From: an uncultured Chloroflexia bacterium
Lineage (GTDB): Bacteria; Chloroflexota; Limnocylindria; Limnocylindrales; CSP1-4
DNA: 64,000 nt
Direction: 5' to 3'
Assembly: GCA_963712745.1 (NCBI GenBank)
Contig: CAVQJC010000017.1
Coordinates: 256,001-320,000, forward strand
Shown piece by piece: positions 49,622-61,782 of this stretch. A model generated the notes under the pieces. It saw nothing but the letters and a program-made list of their open reading frames with translations, was not told where the DNA came from and made no database searches. Numbering within the stretch: the stretch's first letter is position 1; every line of letters starts with the position of its first letter. The position numbers and the translations under genes were made by a program.

Positions 49622-50917
49622 ATGAGCTTGGGCAAGCGCGCATTCGGCATCGGCATGACCGTCGCGCTGACTGCATCGCTCTTCGGCGGTGCCGTCACAG
49701 CACAGGACGACGTCGTGATGCTCTCGACGCAGTTCAACATCGAAGATGAAATGCAGAAGCTGAACGACAACATCCTTTCCGGATCGCCGGTGGGCGTCGA
49801 GTACGTCGGCAGCGAGTCCGGGCCTTTCATCGACACCATCCGCGCAGAGGCTGAGAGTGGCTCCGGCGATGTCAGCATCGCGGCCGCACTTCATGGTGAG
49901 CTTTCGACGCTCGGCTCCGAAGGCCTGCTCCTGGACCTCACCGACCTGGCTGCCGAGGTCGACGTCGCTCCGGCGTTCATGGAGCTCGGCAAGCTGGGCA
50001 CGGACCAGCAGTGGTATATCCCCTGGATCCAGGCCACCTACATCATGGCCGCCCGCACCGAGGCCCTCGAGTACCTGCCCGAGGGTGCGGACATCAACGC
50101 CCTCTCCTGGGACGACGTCATGCAGTGGGGCATGAACCTCCAAGAGGCGACAGGCGAGCGTCTGCTCGGCTTCCCCTTTGGCGCGGATGGCCTCCGGCAC
50201 CGTCTCCTCCAGGGCTACCTGTACCCGTCGTTCACGGGCAAGGTGAACAACGAGTTCGCGACCCAGGCGGGCGTGGACATGTGGAACTGGCTGTCCGAGC
50301 TGTGGCCCTATGTGAACCCGCAGTCGACGACCTACAGCTTCATGCAGGAGCCTCTGCAGAGTGGGGAAGTCTGGGTGGCCTGGGACCACACGGCCCGCCT
50401 GATCGATGCACTCAACGCCGATCCGGAGGGCTTCGTGGCCTTCCCGGTCCCGGCCGGTCCCGCGGGCCGAGCGTTCATGCCGGTCATCGCCGGTCTGTCC
50501 ATCCCGGCCACCGCTCCTGACCCCGAAGGGGCCATGGAAGCCATCAAGTACCTGCTGGAGCCCTCGACGCAGGGCCTGACCCTGGCCAACGTCAGCTTCT
50601 TCCCGGTCGCCGCCGGCGAGGTCAAGGCAGACGTGGGCCCCGGTGTGCAGGCACAGATGGCTGCCATCAGCGGCCAGTCCGGTGCTCCGGATGCGCTGCC
50701 GGCGCTGCTGCCGATCGGCCTTGGTGATCAGGGTGGTGCCTACAGTGGTGTCTTCCAGGACGCCCTCAAGGCCATCATCGTCGACGGGGGCGACCCCGCC
50801 GAGGTGACAGCAGACCTGGCTCCGACGCTGCAGGCGATCTTCGACAGCGAGAACGCGCCGTGCTGGTCGCCCGACGAGGTCGTTCCAGGCGAGCCCTGCG
50901 TGGTCGGCACCCCGTAA
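49622..50917 (+). CDS. Carbohydrate ABC transporter substrate-binding protein
   Basis: Signal peptide, acidic SBP, first gene of the ABC operon; RBS aaggag. Confidence 0.9.
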   Translation: MSLGKRAFGIGMTVALTASLFGGAVTAQDDVVMLSTQFNIEDEMQKLNDNILSGSPVGVEYVGSESGPFIDTIRAEAESGSGDVSIAAALHGELSTLGSEGLLLDLTDLAAEVDVAPAFMELGKLGTDQQWYIPWIQATYIMAARTEALEYLPEGADINALSWDDVMQWGMNLQEATGERLLGFPFGADGLRHRLLQGYLYPSFTGKVNNEFATQAGVDMWNWLSELWPYVNPQSTTYSFMQEPLQSGEVWVAWDHTARLIDALNADPEGFVAFPVPAGPAGRAFMPVIAGLSIPATAPDPEGAMEAIKYLLEPSTQGLTLANVSFFPVAAGEVKADVGPGVQAQMAAISGQSGAPDALPALLPIGLGDQGGAYSGVFQDALKAIIVDGGDPAEVTADLAPTLQAIFDSENAPCWSPDEVVPGEPCVVGTP

Positions 50918-51054
50918 CCGTCTTCGCACCCAGCGGTGTGTGACCTCGGCCACGCACCATCTGTATCGGGCGGCCTGCTGAGAGGTCGCCCGATACGCAA
51001 CCATCGCCAGCGCGGAGGAGCGACGCCACTGAGCGGAGGAGCGACGCCACTGAT

Positions 51055-51936
51055 ATGACTGCACAGACGGTGGAGTACACCGGGAAGCGGAAGCGCAACT
51101 GGGCGCCGTACATCCTGCTGGCACCCTCGCTCGTGTTCCTCGTGTTCTTCTTCGCCACGCCGATGTTCTCGTCGTTCTTGCTGGCGTTCCAGACCCCCGA
51201 CGGAGCCTGGTCGCTCGAGTCGATCCGGACGATGGTGGACGATGTCAACTTCTGGCCGGCGATCAGCGCCACGCTGACGCTGGTCATCATCGTCATCCCC
51301 ATCCAGTTGGCGCTGGCCATGGCCATGGCTCTCATCGTGAACAAGCGCCTCAAGGGGACGAGCCTGTGGCTCTACATCTACGTCCTGCCCCTCGCCATCA
51401 GTGAGCTCGCGGCAGGCATCGTGTGGGTCTCGATCTTCACCCAGAAGGGCTGGCTCAACAGCATCCTCGAGACGCTCGGCATCGTCGAGCGGGGGATCAT
51501 CTGGCAGTCGGCCGAGTCGTACTGGACGCTCATCGCCATCATCGTCGTGGCGGAGATGTGGCGCGCCACATCGATCATGATGATCATCCTGGTGGCCGGC
51601 CTGCAGTCCATCCCCGATGAATACGTCGAGGCGGCTGAGGTCTACGGCGCCACGCTCTGGCAGCGCGTGCGACGGGTCATCATGCCCATGCTTCGACCCA
51701 GCCTCCAGGTGGCGCTCATCCTGCGCATCGTCCTGGCCCTCCAGGTCTTCGCCACGGCCATCGCATTGGCTGGCACAGGCCTGACGGTGATGTCGCAGCA
51801 GACCTTCGAATGGGCCTACACCGTCGACAACGACAATGTCGCCGCGGCCTGGGCCGGGATGATGCTGCTGATGAGCATCATCGCCACCATCGGCGTGCTG
51901 TGGATGCTGCCGGTGAAGGATGAGCAGCAGGTATGA
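51055..51936 (+). CDS. Carbohydrate ABC transporter permease
   Basis: AGLQSIPDEYVEAAEVYGA EAA loop. Confidence 0.93.
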   Translation: MTAQTVEYTGKRKRNWAPYILLAPSLVFLVFFFATPMFSSFLLAFQTPDGAWSLESIRTMVDDVNFWPAISATLTLVIIVIPIQLALAMAMALIVNKRLKGTSLWLYIYVLPLAISELAAGIVWVSIFTQKGWLNSILETLGIVERGIIWQSAESYWTLIAIIVVAEMWRATSIMMIILVAGLQSIPDEYVEAAEVYGATLWQRVRRVIMPMLRPSLQVALILRIVLALQVFATAIALAGTGLTVMSQQTFEWAYTVDNDNVAAAWAGMMLLMSIIATIGVLWMLPVKDEQQV

Positions 51937-52808
51937 CCGCACCCGCTGTGCCCGCCACGGGCACTCAGGCCCCGCCGCCACCGCGCCGCAAGTGGACGCC
52001 ACGCAAGGTCCTCAACACCTTCCTCTGGTACGCCTCCGCGGTGGTGCTGGCGCTGTTCATCATCTTGCCCATCTACCTCATCTTCGTCAGCGCCACCACG
52101 CCCGCCGAGCACACCTACGACTACCCCAAGTCGATCATCCCCACGGGCATCGACACCGACAACATCCAGAAGTTCATCAGCGCCTCCGGCGTCATCGACG
52201 CCTTCTGGCGCAGCGTGATCGCCGGTGTCATCACGGTCGTGCTGGCCTTGGGCATCGGCGCTCCCGCCGGCTATGCCATCGCGCGCTACGCCTTCCGCGG
52301 TCGCGACGGCTACCGGCTGGTCGTGCTCTCCACGCGCGCGTTCCCCATCGTCATCCTCTCGATCCCGCTGGCGGTCATGTACCGCAGCATCGGCCTCTAC
52401 GACTCGGTCTGGGGCGTGGCTCTGATGCACACCGCACTGGCGCTGCCGTTTGCTGTGCTCATCACCAGCTCCGTCTTCGTGTCCATCCCCAGAGAGCTCG
52501 AGGAGGCGGCCCAGACCCTGGGCTGCTCACCTGCGCGGGCCTTCCTGAAGGTCTCGTTGCCGCTGGCCCTGCCGGGCCTGACCGCGGCGGCCATCTTCAC
52601 CTGGGTGCTGTCCTGGAACGACGTCTTCGCGGCGGCGGTCCTGACCTTGCGTAACCCTACGCTGCCGGCTCGCATCCTGACGTCGCTGACACAAGCCTCG
52701 CTGCCCTGGCAGTTCGCGGCCGCGTTCGTGATGTTGGTGCCCAGCCTCATCGTCATCTTCATCATCCGCAAGTACCTGCTCGGCCTGTGGGGCCGGGTCG
52801 TCAAGTAG
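51933..52808 (+). CDS. Carbohydrate ABC transporter permease
   Basis: IPRELEEAAQTLG EAA loop. Confidence 0.93.
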   Translation: MTAPAVPATGTQAPPPPRRKWTPRKVLNTFLWYASAVVLALFIILPIYLIFVSATTPAEHTYDYPKSIIPTGIDTDNIQKFISASGVIDAFWRSVIAGVITVVLALGIGAPAGYAIARYAFRGRDGYRLVVLSTRAFPIVILSIPLAVMYRSIGLYDSVWGVALMHTALALPFAVLITSSVFVSIPRELEEAAQTLGCSPARAFLKVSLPLALPGLTAAAIFTWVLSWNDVFAAAVLTLRNPTLPARILTSLTQASLPWQFAAAFVMLVPSLIVIFIIRKYLLGLWGRVVK

Positions 52809-52817
52809 GGGAGCCAC

Positions 52818-53911
<1,094 letters not shown>

Positions 53912-53915
<4 letters not shown>

Positions 53916-55780
53916 CGACTCCGCATAAACCGCGTGACATCGGAAACGGCCTGGTCGCCGCCTCGTTCGGCAAGGGCGGCGAGTGGCTGAGCCTGTCCAC
54001 CGTGCATCCCGAGGCCGGTTTCGTCGAACTGACGGGGCTGCCCGTGTTCGCGCCCGAGTGGCGCGGCGATGCCCATGAGGTCCGCCGCTATCGCTCGTGG
54101 ATGCGACGCGAGGAGCACGCTTTCCTGCATGTCGAGGCCGGACGGGCCACGGTCACCACGCGCCAGGATGCGCCGCGCGGGACGCGCGGTGTTGTGCAGC
54201 GGCTGGTCATCCGGGCCGCACACCGAGATCGCCCGGCGGGCATTCGCATCCGTCTCAACGGACGGCTGGGCTGGCCGGCGTACGCGGAGCTCACCGAGGT
54301 CGATCCACCGACCGAACCCGGCCTGAAGTCCCGCTTCAAGGCCCGGGAGGGAACGCTGCGCATCGGCGGCGAAGGTGGACCCGTCATCGTGCAGGCCTGG
54401 CTGCGAAAGGGCGGGGCCTCGTCGCGCGGCTCCGCCGAGGCACGGTCGGACCGGCGAATCAGCTGGAAGGTCCTCCGACGACGCATGCCCACGGCGGTCG
54501 CGTGGGTCGATTGGCCCGGTGAGGCAGAGGAGATCCACCTCGACATCGCCTGCACCTTCGACACGCCGCCCGTCGAGGCGCCCGACTGGTGTGACCGCGG
54601 ACGGCTGGGGCCACCCGAGCGCACTGAGGAGGATCTCCGCGCGGAGCTTCGACCGCTACGCGTGCCCGCCCGCATGGTCAAGCCGCTCGGTCGCATGAAC
54701 CAGCGGGCAGCGATCTACACGCGCAACTGCACTGCCCTGACGGTCGGCGGGGCCGAGCGCACCATCCTCACCGACCACCGCATCCTGCCACTGTCGTGGA
54801 CCCGGGACGCGTACTGGCAGGCCCGGCTGCTGCTCACGACCTGGTCGCGCGGGGGACACAACGAGGACGAGCAGATCGTGGCTGACCACCTGCGCTGGCT
54901 CTTCCTCCGCTGTGAGCGACCCGACGGACGCTGGGTTCGCAGCCACCATGCCGACGGGCGACGCAAGGACCACCCGCTGCAGGCCGACCAGCAGCTGTAC
55001 CCGCTCCTCGAGCTGGCCGACTACCTCAGCGTGACCGGGCGCCTGCCCGGTCTGCCGCCAGAGTCGACATGGGAGGACCTGGTGGCAGAGTCGTGGGACG
55101 CCGTGCTGGAGGTCATCGACCCCCGGCTCCTGCTCATCCGCACCGACGAGAACCCAGCCGATGACGTGCCCGCGAACCCGTTCCTGCTGTCGGACCAGAT
55201 CCTGCTCTGGCACACCGCCACGCGGCTGGCGAGCCTGGCCTCGCGGCTGGGCCTGGACAAGTCGGCGCTGCACGAGCTGGCTTCGAGCGTCCGCGCTGCG
55301 GTCAGGGAGCACTTCACGGCGGAGGGACCGCTGGGGCCGATGTGGGCCTACTCCGTCAACGGTCGTGGCGGCGTCGAGCGGTACATGGATGCTAATGACC
55401 TGCCCGCAGCGCTGGCGCCGCTGTGGGGCTTCTGCAAGCCGACCGACGAGGCCTGGCAGACGACGCTGCGCTTCGCCTTCGACCCGGAGAACCCGGGCTT
55501 CGTCGAGGGGCCGATGGGCGGGCTGGGCTCGCGCCACACCCCCGGGACCTGGCCACTCGGCGACATCATGGGCTGGGTCGCCTTCGGGCTCATGGAGGAG
55601 GAGGAGCTGTCCGAGGCTGCGCTCGAGCGGCTCGTGCGCTCGGCGTTCACCGACGGCATGCTGCCCGAGGCCTACGACCCCGAGGGCTCCGGTTCGGCGG
55701 TGCGTCACTGGTTCGCCTGGCCCGGTGCCGCACTGGCCGCGCTCCTGCTGGGACACGCCGCTCGCGACAGCGGCGAGTAG
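53912..55780 (+). CDS. GH125-like (alpha/alpha)6 glycoside hydrolase (putative alpha-mannosidase)
   Basis: WTRDAY, MDANDLP, GLGSRHTPGTWPL, EAYD, RHWFAWP. Confidence 0.7.
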
Positions 55781-55892
55781 GCCGGGTCCGAGCGAGCCGG
55801 GTCGTCAGGCGGAGGTCGCCCGGCGAGTGCCCGAGACGTGGCTGCCCACACCAGCTCGCCGGGTGGCCCCTGCGAGGCCTGGCCCGGGGTGA

Positions 55893-56115
55893 CTTGCACG
55901 TGATGACCGAGTTCGACACTGATGCCGGCCTGCCCCCATACCGTCAGTCCTCCCGTGGCAGGCGTTGACACCTTCGCTCACGTGGTGCAAAGACCGGTCA
56001 AGCGGTGGCTCGGATCTGTCACCTGGTGCAACGATCTCAGTCATTTACGGGCAAGGATGGATCGAGGGGTCAGACTGACGGTTGCCTCGCGTCGAACTGG
56101 TGCACCGGGTGCAAG
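55893..56115. other. About 220-bp nested inverted-repeat element
   Basis: Nested pairs cttgcac/gtgcaag, agttcgac/gtcgaact and accgtcagtc/gactgacggt. Confidence 0.7.
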
Positions 56116-56139
56116 CGAAGCCGACGAACGCTCGCCAGG

Positions 56140-56212
56140 CACCAGCCCGCGCCGGACACCAGCCCGCGCCGGACACCAGCCCGCACCGGACACCAGCCCG
56201 CGCCGGACACCA
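56140..56212. repeat. Tandem repeat, 17-bp unit x4
   Basis: caccagcccgc(g/a)ccgga. Confidence 0.92.
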
Positions 56213-56246
56213 GGATGGGCCGGCCCCAGGCAGGAGTGGGCCGGGC

Positions 56247-57147
56247 CTACGGCTCCAGGGCGATGCCGGCGACGCGCAGATCGGCCGCGAAGGACTCGAG
56301 CGCTTCGGGACCGTCGACCATGCCGTCGATGAAGGACTGCACTCGGGTCAGGCCCAGCTCGGCATAGGCACCGTAGAGGTCCACGCGCTGCTGTCCCTGG
56401 ATCTGATACGCCCGGCGACTCACGCCAGGTATGCACCGATATGGCCAGCGTGCCCGGGTCGCGGTCGATCTCTCGGCAGCGCGCGTGGATGACCGGCAGC
56501 GCCTGGGCTACCTCCGGCGGGGTCAGGCCGTCGAGGTTGAGCTCGTCGGCGAAGCGAGCAGCGAGGCGCCAGGTCACGTCGGGGCCGTTGCCGCCGACCA
56601 TCAACGGAACGCTCGGTCGCTGCACCGGCTTGGGCTGGTTCACCGCCCCCGCCACGCGGGCATAGCGGCCCTCGAACGAGGCCCGCCGGTCGCCCGGCTC
56701 GAGCATGCGCGTGATGATTTCGAGATGGTCGCGCAGCATGGCCAGCCGCACCTGCGTGGAGGGGTAGTCGTAACCGAAGGCTTCCCACTCCTCCTGCTTC
56801 CAGCCGGCGCCGATGCCCAGCTCGGCACGACCGCCACTGACGACGTCGAGGGTAGAGATCATCTTGGCCGTCAGGGCCGGGTTGCGGAAGCCCGTGCAGA
56901 TGACGATGTGACCGATGCGCACCCGCTGGGTGAGGGCCGCGAGCGCGGTAAGAGCCACGAATGGCTCGAACAGGACTTCATCGCTGGGCGTGGGCCAGTG
57001 GTGGAAGTGGTCGTACATCCAAACCGACTCGAAGCCGAGCTGCTCCGCCTGTAACGCGACAGCCACGGTCCGCTCCCAGGCTGCCGGCCCGTCCCAGCCG
57101 CTGTACTCCAGCACCCAGCCCTGGGGCACGACGATGCCGACCTTCAT
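56247..57147 (-). CDS. LLM-class (probably F420-dependent) oxidoreductase; +1 frameshift near 56396
   Basis: GFESVWMYDHF, RNPALTAK, SGGRAELGIGAGW, VGGNG; a plausible true C-terminus GQQRVDLY...GIALEP* lies in a second frame. Confidence 0.85.
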
Positions 57148-57149
57148 CT

Positions 57150-57857
57150 TCAGCGTGCCTCGCGGTAGCGCTGGGCCGCCTCGGCTCGCTTGCGCACGTC
57201 GAGCTTGTGCAGGATGTTGCTGACGTGCGTTTCCACCGTGCGCGGGCTGATGACCAGGGCGGAGGCGATCTCGCGGTCGGTGAGGCCGTCGGCGAGCATC
57301 CGGAGCACGTCGTTCTCTCGCGGGCTCAGCCCTTCCAGCCCCCCAGTGTTGCCGGTCCGACCCTTGCGTGCCGCTTCGATGAAGTGGCGCATGACACGCG
57401 CGGCGTGCCGGCGCGACATCGCCAGCTGGCCCTTCTGGGTGCCTCGCAGTGCCCGCAGCAGCGCCTCTGGCGCCAGGTCCTTGGTGAGGTAGCCGGCTGC
57501 ACCGCGGGCCAGCGCCTCGATCATGTCGCGCTCGGAGTCAGACACGGTGAGCATGACGATCTTGGTATCGGGCAGACGTGGGGACAGTTCCTCGAGCATC
57601 TGGATGCCGTTCATGCCGGGCAGGTCGATGTCGAGCAGCATCACGTCCGGACGCACGCCGAGGGCCAGTGCGAAGGCGTCTTCGGCGCTGCCGGCCTCAC
57701 CCACGAGCTCCACGTCGGGTGCGTCGATCGCCTGGCGTACGGCCGAGCGAACGAGAGCGTGGTCGTCCACGAGCATCACGCGTAGCGGAGTCGCGGATCC
57801 GGCGGTTTCGGTGCCGAGGCTGGGGGCGCCCGCGGTGCGTGGTTGCTGGACGGTCAT
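57150..57857 (-). CDS. NarL/LuxR-family response regulator
   Basis: LVDDHALVR, PDVMLLDI, GYLTKD, LSPRE...TVETHVSNILHKL. Confidence 0.95.
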   Translation of the reverse strand: MTVQQPRTAGAPSLGTETAGSATPLRVMLVDDHALVRSAVRQAIDAPDVELVGEAGSAEDAFALALGVRPDVMLLDIDLPGMNGIQMLEELSPRLPDTKIVMLTVSDSERDMIEALARGAAGYLTKDLAPEALLRALRGTQKGQLAMSRRHAARVMRHFIEAARKGRTGNTGGLEGLSPRENDVLRMLADGLTDREIASALVISPRTVETHVSNILHKLDVRKRAEAAQRYREAR

Positions 57858-57864
57858 GGCCCCG

Positions 57865-59580
57865 CTAGGGTTGCATACCTGTGGGCTTGACGTCGGCGGC
57901 GTTCGCCGAACCCTGACCTGAAGCGGTCGTCCCGCCACCTGGGATCGCGTTCGGCAACTCGAGCTGGCCGGGCGGCTCCGCGGCGATCGACTCGGGAGCC
58001 ATGGGCGTGCGCTCGCTCGTCTCCGAAACGCTGCTCACCCCGGCGGTCACCAGCGGCGCGCGGACCTCGATGGTGGTGCCGCCGGAGATCTCCGACCTCA
58101 CCAGCAGGCTGCCGCCGATGAGGCGCGCCCGCTCGCGCATCCCCTGCAGGCCCAGGCCCCTGTCGAAGGCTTCGTGCTCGGCGAAGCCGCGGCCGTTGTC
58201 GGTGACGCTGATGAGCAGCTGGCCGTCGGCTACCTCGGCGGTGATGCGCACGATGGTGGCGTCGGCATGCTTGCGCACATTGTTGAGCGCTTCGCTGATG
58301 ATGCGCAGCAACTCCACCTGCACTCGTGGCGCCAGCGTGGAGGGGATGCCGGTCGAGGCCGTGAACTCCGTACGCAGACCCGAGCGGCTCTCGAAGTCCT
58401 CGACGCTGCGCACCAGCATGTCGGCGAAGGGCACGTCCTCCTCGAGGCTGGAGCGCATCGTGACCAGGGCCTCGCGAGCCTCGATGATGGCAGCGTCGAG
58501 GGCCTGCGTGACCTCGTCCGCCAGGGGCCGGTCTCCATCCGAGAGCGCAGAGCTCAGCCGCTCGAACTTGAGCTTGGCAAACCAGAGATGCTGGGCCAGC
58601 CCGTCGTGGATCTCTCGCGCCAGCCGGGCTCGCTCCTCGAGCGTGGCCCGTTCCGCTTCGTTGACGCGCATGCGATCGAGCGCCGCATACGCCGAGCGCA
58701 ACGACCGCAGGTCACTGCGCTGGTCGGCGAAGGCGCCGGCGAGGAGGATGGTGTAGGCCACCAGACGCATGACGTCGGAGATGGTCACGAGGTTGGTATA
58801 GATGCTGGGCCAGAGTGCGTATTGCACCTCTGCCACCGCCAGGATGACCAGGCCGAGCGCGGTGAAGGCGTCGCTGGTGGGGCCGCCCCGCCCCCACGTC
58901 ATGCGGTAGAGGAAGACGCCCGCGATGAGGCCGGTGACCGTAACGATGACGATGACGAGGGCCAGGCCGGTGAAGCCCGGCAAGAGGGCGAAGTCGCCCG
59001 GCTCGGCCAGCAGCGCAGCCAGGCCCTGAGGCTCGATGAGCGGCGGCAGGTACTCGCGGAAGGGGTAGATCAAGACCGTCGCCGCGGCGATGACGATGAC
59101 CGGCCACAAGACCGTGCGGAAGCGCCGCCGGGCTCCGCCGTAGATGCCCATGATGGCCGCGATGCCGCTGACCATGAAGAGGCCGGACACACTCATGCGT
59201 ACGACTCCCGAGACCCACAGGGGCAACTGCCCGGGGTTAACCAGCGAGAGACCCACCTCGTCGTCCAGGCGGAAGACCATCAGCAGCAGCGTCACGAAGG
59301 TGAAGATGGCCCACAGCGCGAAGGCCGAGGACTGCACGAACGAGGCCAGTCGGCCGGTCTCGCGATAGCGCAGGAAGGAGATGACCGCCAGGCCCGTCAC
59401 GGCCACGAAGGTGAGCGCCGACAGCGCCACGTCGAGCGTGCGGTCCTTCATGACGATGTTCAGGTCCGGGTCGACCTGGGGCAACAGCGTGGCGATGAGC
59501 AGGATGCCGGCCGACGCAAGCAGGACCACGTCGAGCCGGACGGCCCGGCGCCGTTGCTGCCTCGTTCGAGGGGTCCGCAT
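57865..59580 (-). CDS. Membrane-bound sensor histidine kinase (HisKA_3)
   Basis: About 8 TM segments; ERARLAREIHDGLAQ, EALNNVRKHA, DNGRGF, GLGLQGMRER. Confidence 0.93.
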   Translation of the reverse strand: MRTPRTRQQRRRAVRLDVVLLASAGILLIATLLPQVDPDLNIVMKDRTLDVALSALTFVAVTGLAVISFLRYRETGRLASFVQSSAFALWAIFTFVTLLLMVFRLDDEVGLSLVNPGQLPLWVSGVVRMSVSGLFMVSGIAAIMGIYGGARRRFRTVLWPVIVIAAATVLIYPFREYLPPLIEPQGLAALLAEPGDFALLPGFTGLALVIVIVTVTGLIAGVFLYRMTWGRGGPTSDAFTALGLVILAVAEVQYALWPSIYTNLVTISDVMRLVAYTILLAGAFADQRSDLRSLRSAYAALDRMRVNEAERATLEERARLAREIHDGLAQHLWFAKLKFERLSSALSDGDRPLADEVTQALDAAIIEAREALVTMRSSLEEDVPFADMLVRSVEDFESRSGLRTEFTASTGIPSTLAPRVQVELLRIISEALNNVRKHADATIVRITAEVADGQLLISVTDNGRGFAEHEAFDRGLGLQGMRERARLIGGSLLVRSEISGGTTIEVRAPLVTAGVSSVSETSERTPMAPESIAAEPPGQLELPNAIPGGGTTASGQGSANAADVKPTGMQP

Positions 59581-59965
59581 GTAGGCGATGATAGTCCCGC
59601 CGAAAGTGTGAGAGCCGGACGCGCCCCAGCGCTGTCCGACTCTCTTCTCGCTCGACTCCGGGCCCCGCCGTGAAGGGCCAAGGGGGCGAGTGCTTTTATT
59701 CGTTTCGGTGCCGCCATGATGAGCCAACGCCTGGGCCGGGTCATCCGTGCACATACGGAACCGGGTACGGAGGCAGGGGTCCGTATCACCACGGAGAGCA
59801 CCCGGAGACCTACGGAGCGTTCGCGCCCCCTCGGTGACGGGACGCACCGCTTGGGCGGGAGGTGTGAGGTCCCGGCCCAGCCACGCGCGGACCCGTCAGT
59901 CCTGGCTGCCGGTCCATGCCGCCTCGGGGGCACGACCCCGCGTGGACCGCTACCGTGTGCGTGTC

Positions 59966-61285
59966 ATGACCTCCCTCGTCCTTCGTCACGGACCGAAGCC
60001 GGCGGCGATGCTGCTCCTGCTGGCGCTCCTCTTCGGGCTCGTGCCGGCGGCCACCGCGTCGGCCGCGACCAGCCTGGACCTCGAGGCGCGCTACACCGCG
60101 GACGTGCACCTCGACTGGGATACGCGCTGGGTGAAGATCCGCACTGCCATCGACGTGCGCAACACGACATCGAAGTCCATCAGCCGGCTCGAGCTCAACA
60201 CCGTGGCCGCCAAGCTGGGCGGTCTGCAAAAGCTCAAGACCAGCTCCGGCGGCTCGCCGGTGACGGCTTCGGTCACGGGACAGACCATCAAGGTGCCGCT
60301 CGGGACCGTCCTCTCACCCGGCAGCAGCACTCGCGTGTGGGTCAGCTTCAGGGCCAGGCTCAGGACCACGACCGGAGCCCGCTCGTACTTCTTCACCCAG
60401 GTCAACGGCGTGGCACAGCTCTACCGTTTCATCCCCTGGATCAGCCGCCGCATCGCCTTCGGCTCGGGCAACCACGGCGAACCGTTCGTGACGCCGGTCA
60501 GTCCGCGCGTCGAGGTCACCCTCAGCGCAGACCGCAAGCTCAACTGGGCCACCAGCGGGCGACGTGCGCAGACCGTCGATGCGCGCACGGCCCGCTACGT
60601 GGCCACCGACGTGCGTGACTTCAACGTGGCCGCCAGCCCGCACTGGCGGACCGTGGCCGGCAAGTCCAGCGACGGCAAGGTCAAGATCACCGCACACACG
60701 CGCAGGCATGAAGGCAAGCGGCTCGTCCAACTTGCACGCGAGGAGCTCGCGAGGTATCAGCAGAAGACGGGCGTGGCCTATCCGCACTCGACATTCCGCA
60801 TCGCCGAGACCGGTGGCGGGCTGGCCATGGAATCACCCGCGCTCATCTGGATCCCGGCTGCCCGGCCCGCACGCGACCACGACTACCTCATCTCCCACGA
60901 GGTCGCCCACCAGTGGTGGTACTCGACCGTGGGCAACGATCAGTCGACCGATGCCTTCGCCGACGAGGCCCTCGCCGACTATCACGCTCGCAAGGCCCAC
61001 CTGTCGATCCGTTCCAGTCGCTGCAAGACGGACCGGCTGGACCGTGAGATCCGGGCCTATTCGGACATCTGCTACTTCGAGGTCATCTACATCCAGGGTG
61101 CGCGCTTCCTCGACGGCCTGAGGCGGGACTACGGCAAGGCCAAGTTCAACGCCGCGCTGCGGGCGTACACGCGCAACAACCGCTACGAGATCTCGAACAA
61201 CGCGCGCCTGCTCGCGGCCTTCCACAAGACCATGGGCGACGGCGTGCTCAAGCGCTTCCACAAGCGCTTCCCGAGCCTGTACTGA
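59966..61285 (+). CDS. Secreted M1-family zinc aminopeptidase
   Basis: Signal peptide (TASA-A), GLAMES, HEVAHQWW...DEALA, YIQGA. Confidence 0.85.
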   Translation: MTSLVLRHGPKPAAMLLLLALLFGLVPAATASAATSLDLEARYTADVHLDWDTRWVKIRTAIDVRNTTSKSISRLELNTVAAKLGGLQKLKTSSGGSPVTASVTGQTIKVPLGTVLSPGSSTRVWVSFRARLRTTTGARSYFFTQVNGVAQLYRFIPWISRRIAFGSGNHGEPFVTPVSPRVEVTLSADRKLNWATSGRRAQTVDARTARYVATDVRDFNVAASPHWRTVAGKSSDGKVKITAHTRRHEGKRLVQLAREELARYQQKTGVAYPHSTFRIAETGGGLAMESPALIWIPAARPARDHDYLISHEVAHQWWYSTVGNDQSTDAFADEALADYHARKAHLSIRSSRCKTDRLDREIRAYSDICYFEVIYIQGARFLDGLRRDYGKAKFNAALRAYTRNNRYEISNNARLLAAFHKTMGDGVLKRFHKRFPSLY

Positions 61286-61356
61286 CCGTCACCACTGGCT
61301 GGTCGTCGGTGGTCTCGGGTTTAGACTGCGGGTCGTGTACTACCTCTCCCGCGCTC

Positions 61357-61782
61357 ATGCCCAGATCCGGCGAACGTATCGCCAGCCGTGATGCGAGCGG
61401 CGCGCCGAACCATCGCGGCTGGATGCCCGTGGCGGCCCGGCGCCGCTGGATCGAGCCCTTCGTGCTGGCCATGCTCGCGCGCGGCAGCACCTACGGCTAC
61501 GCCATCATCGGGCGACTCGAGGAGATGCATATCAGCGATGGCTCGCTGGACGTCGGCCTGGTCTACCGCACCTTGCGCGACCTGGAGCGTGACGGTCTGG
61601 TCAGCTCCTCCTGGGCGGACGAATCGGCCGGTCCCCGTCGCCGCGCCTACCAGCTCACCGATGCCGGCCTCGAGGCGCTCGATGACTGGGCCGCAGTGAT
61701 GCGGGAGCGGGCGCGACTGATCGGGGAGTTCAATGCCGACTACCTGGAGGTCGTGGCCGCGGCGCGCTCCCGGGGTCGCTAG
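61357..61782 (+). CDS. PadR-family transcriptional regulator (start uncertain)
   Basis: YGYAII, VYRTLRDLERDGLV, GPRRRAYQLT. Confidence 0.9.
   Translation: MPRSGERIASRDASGAPNHRGWMPVAARRRWIEPFVLAMLARGSTYGYAIIGRLEEMHISDGSLDVGLVYRTLRDLERDGLVSSSWADESAGPRRRAYQLTDAGLEALDDWAAVMRERARLIGEFNADYLEVVAAARSRGR

Noticed and set aside
51011-51053. 21-bp direct repeat x2 (gcggaggagcgacgccactga) as a regulatory or att site
   Set aside because: Simple duplication of the RBS region, in line with the local tendency to tandem duplication; no integrase
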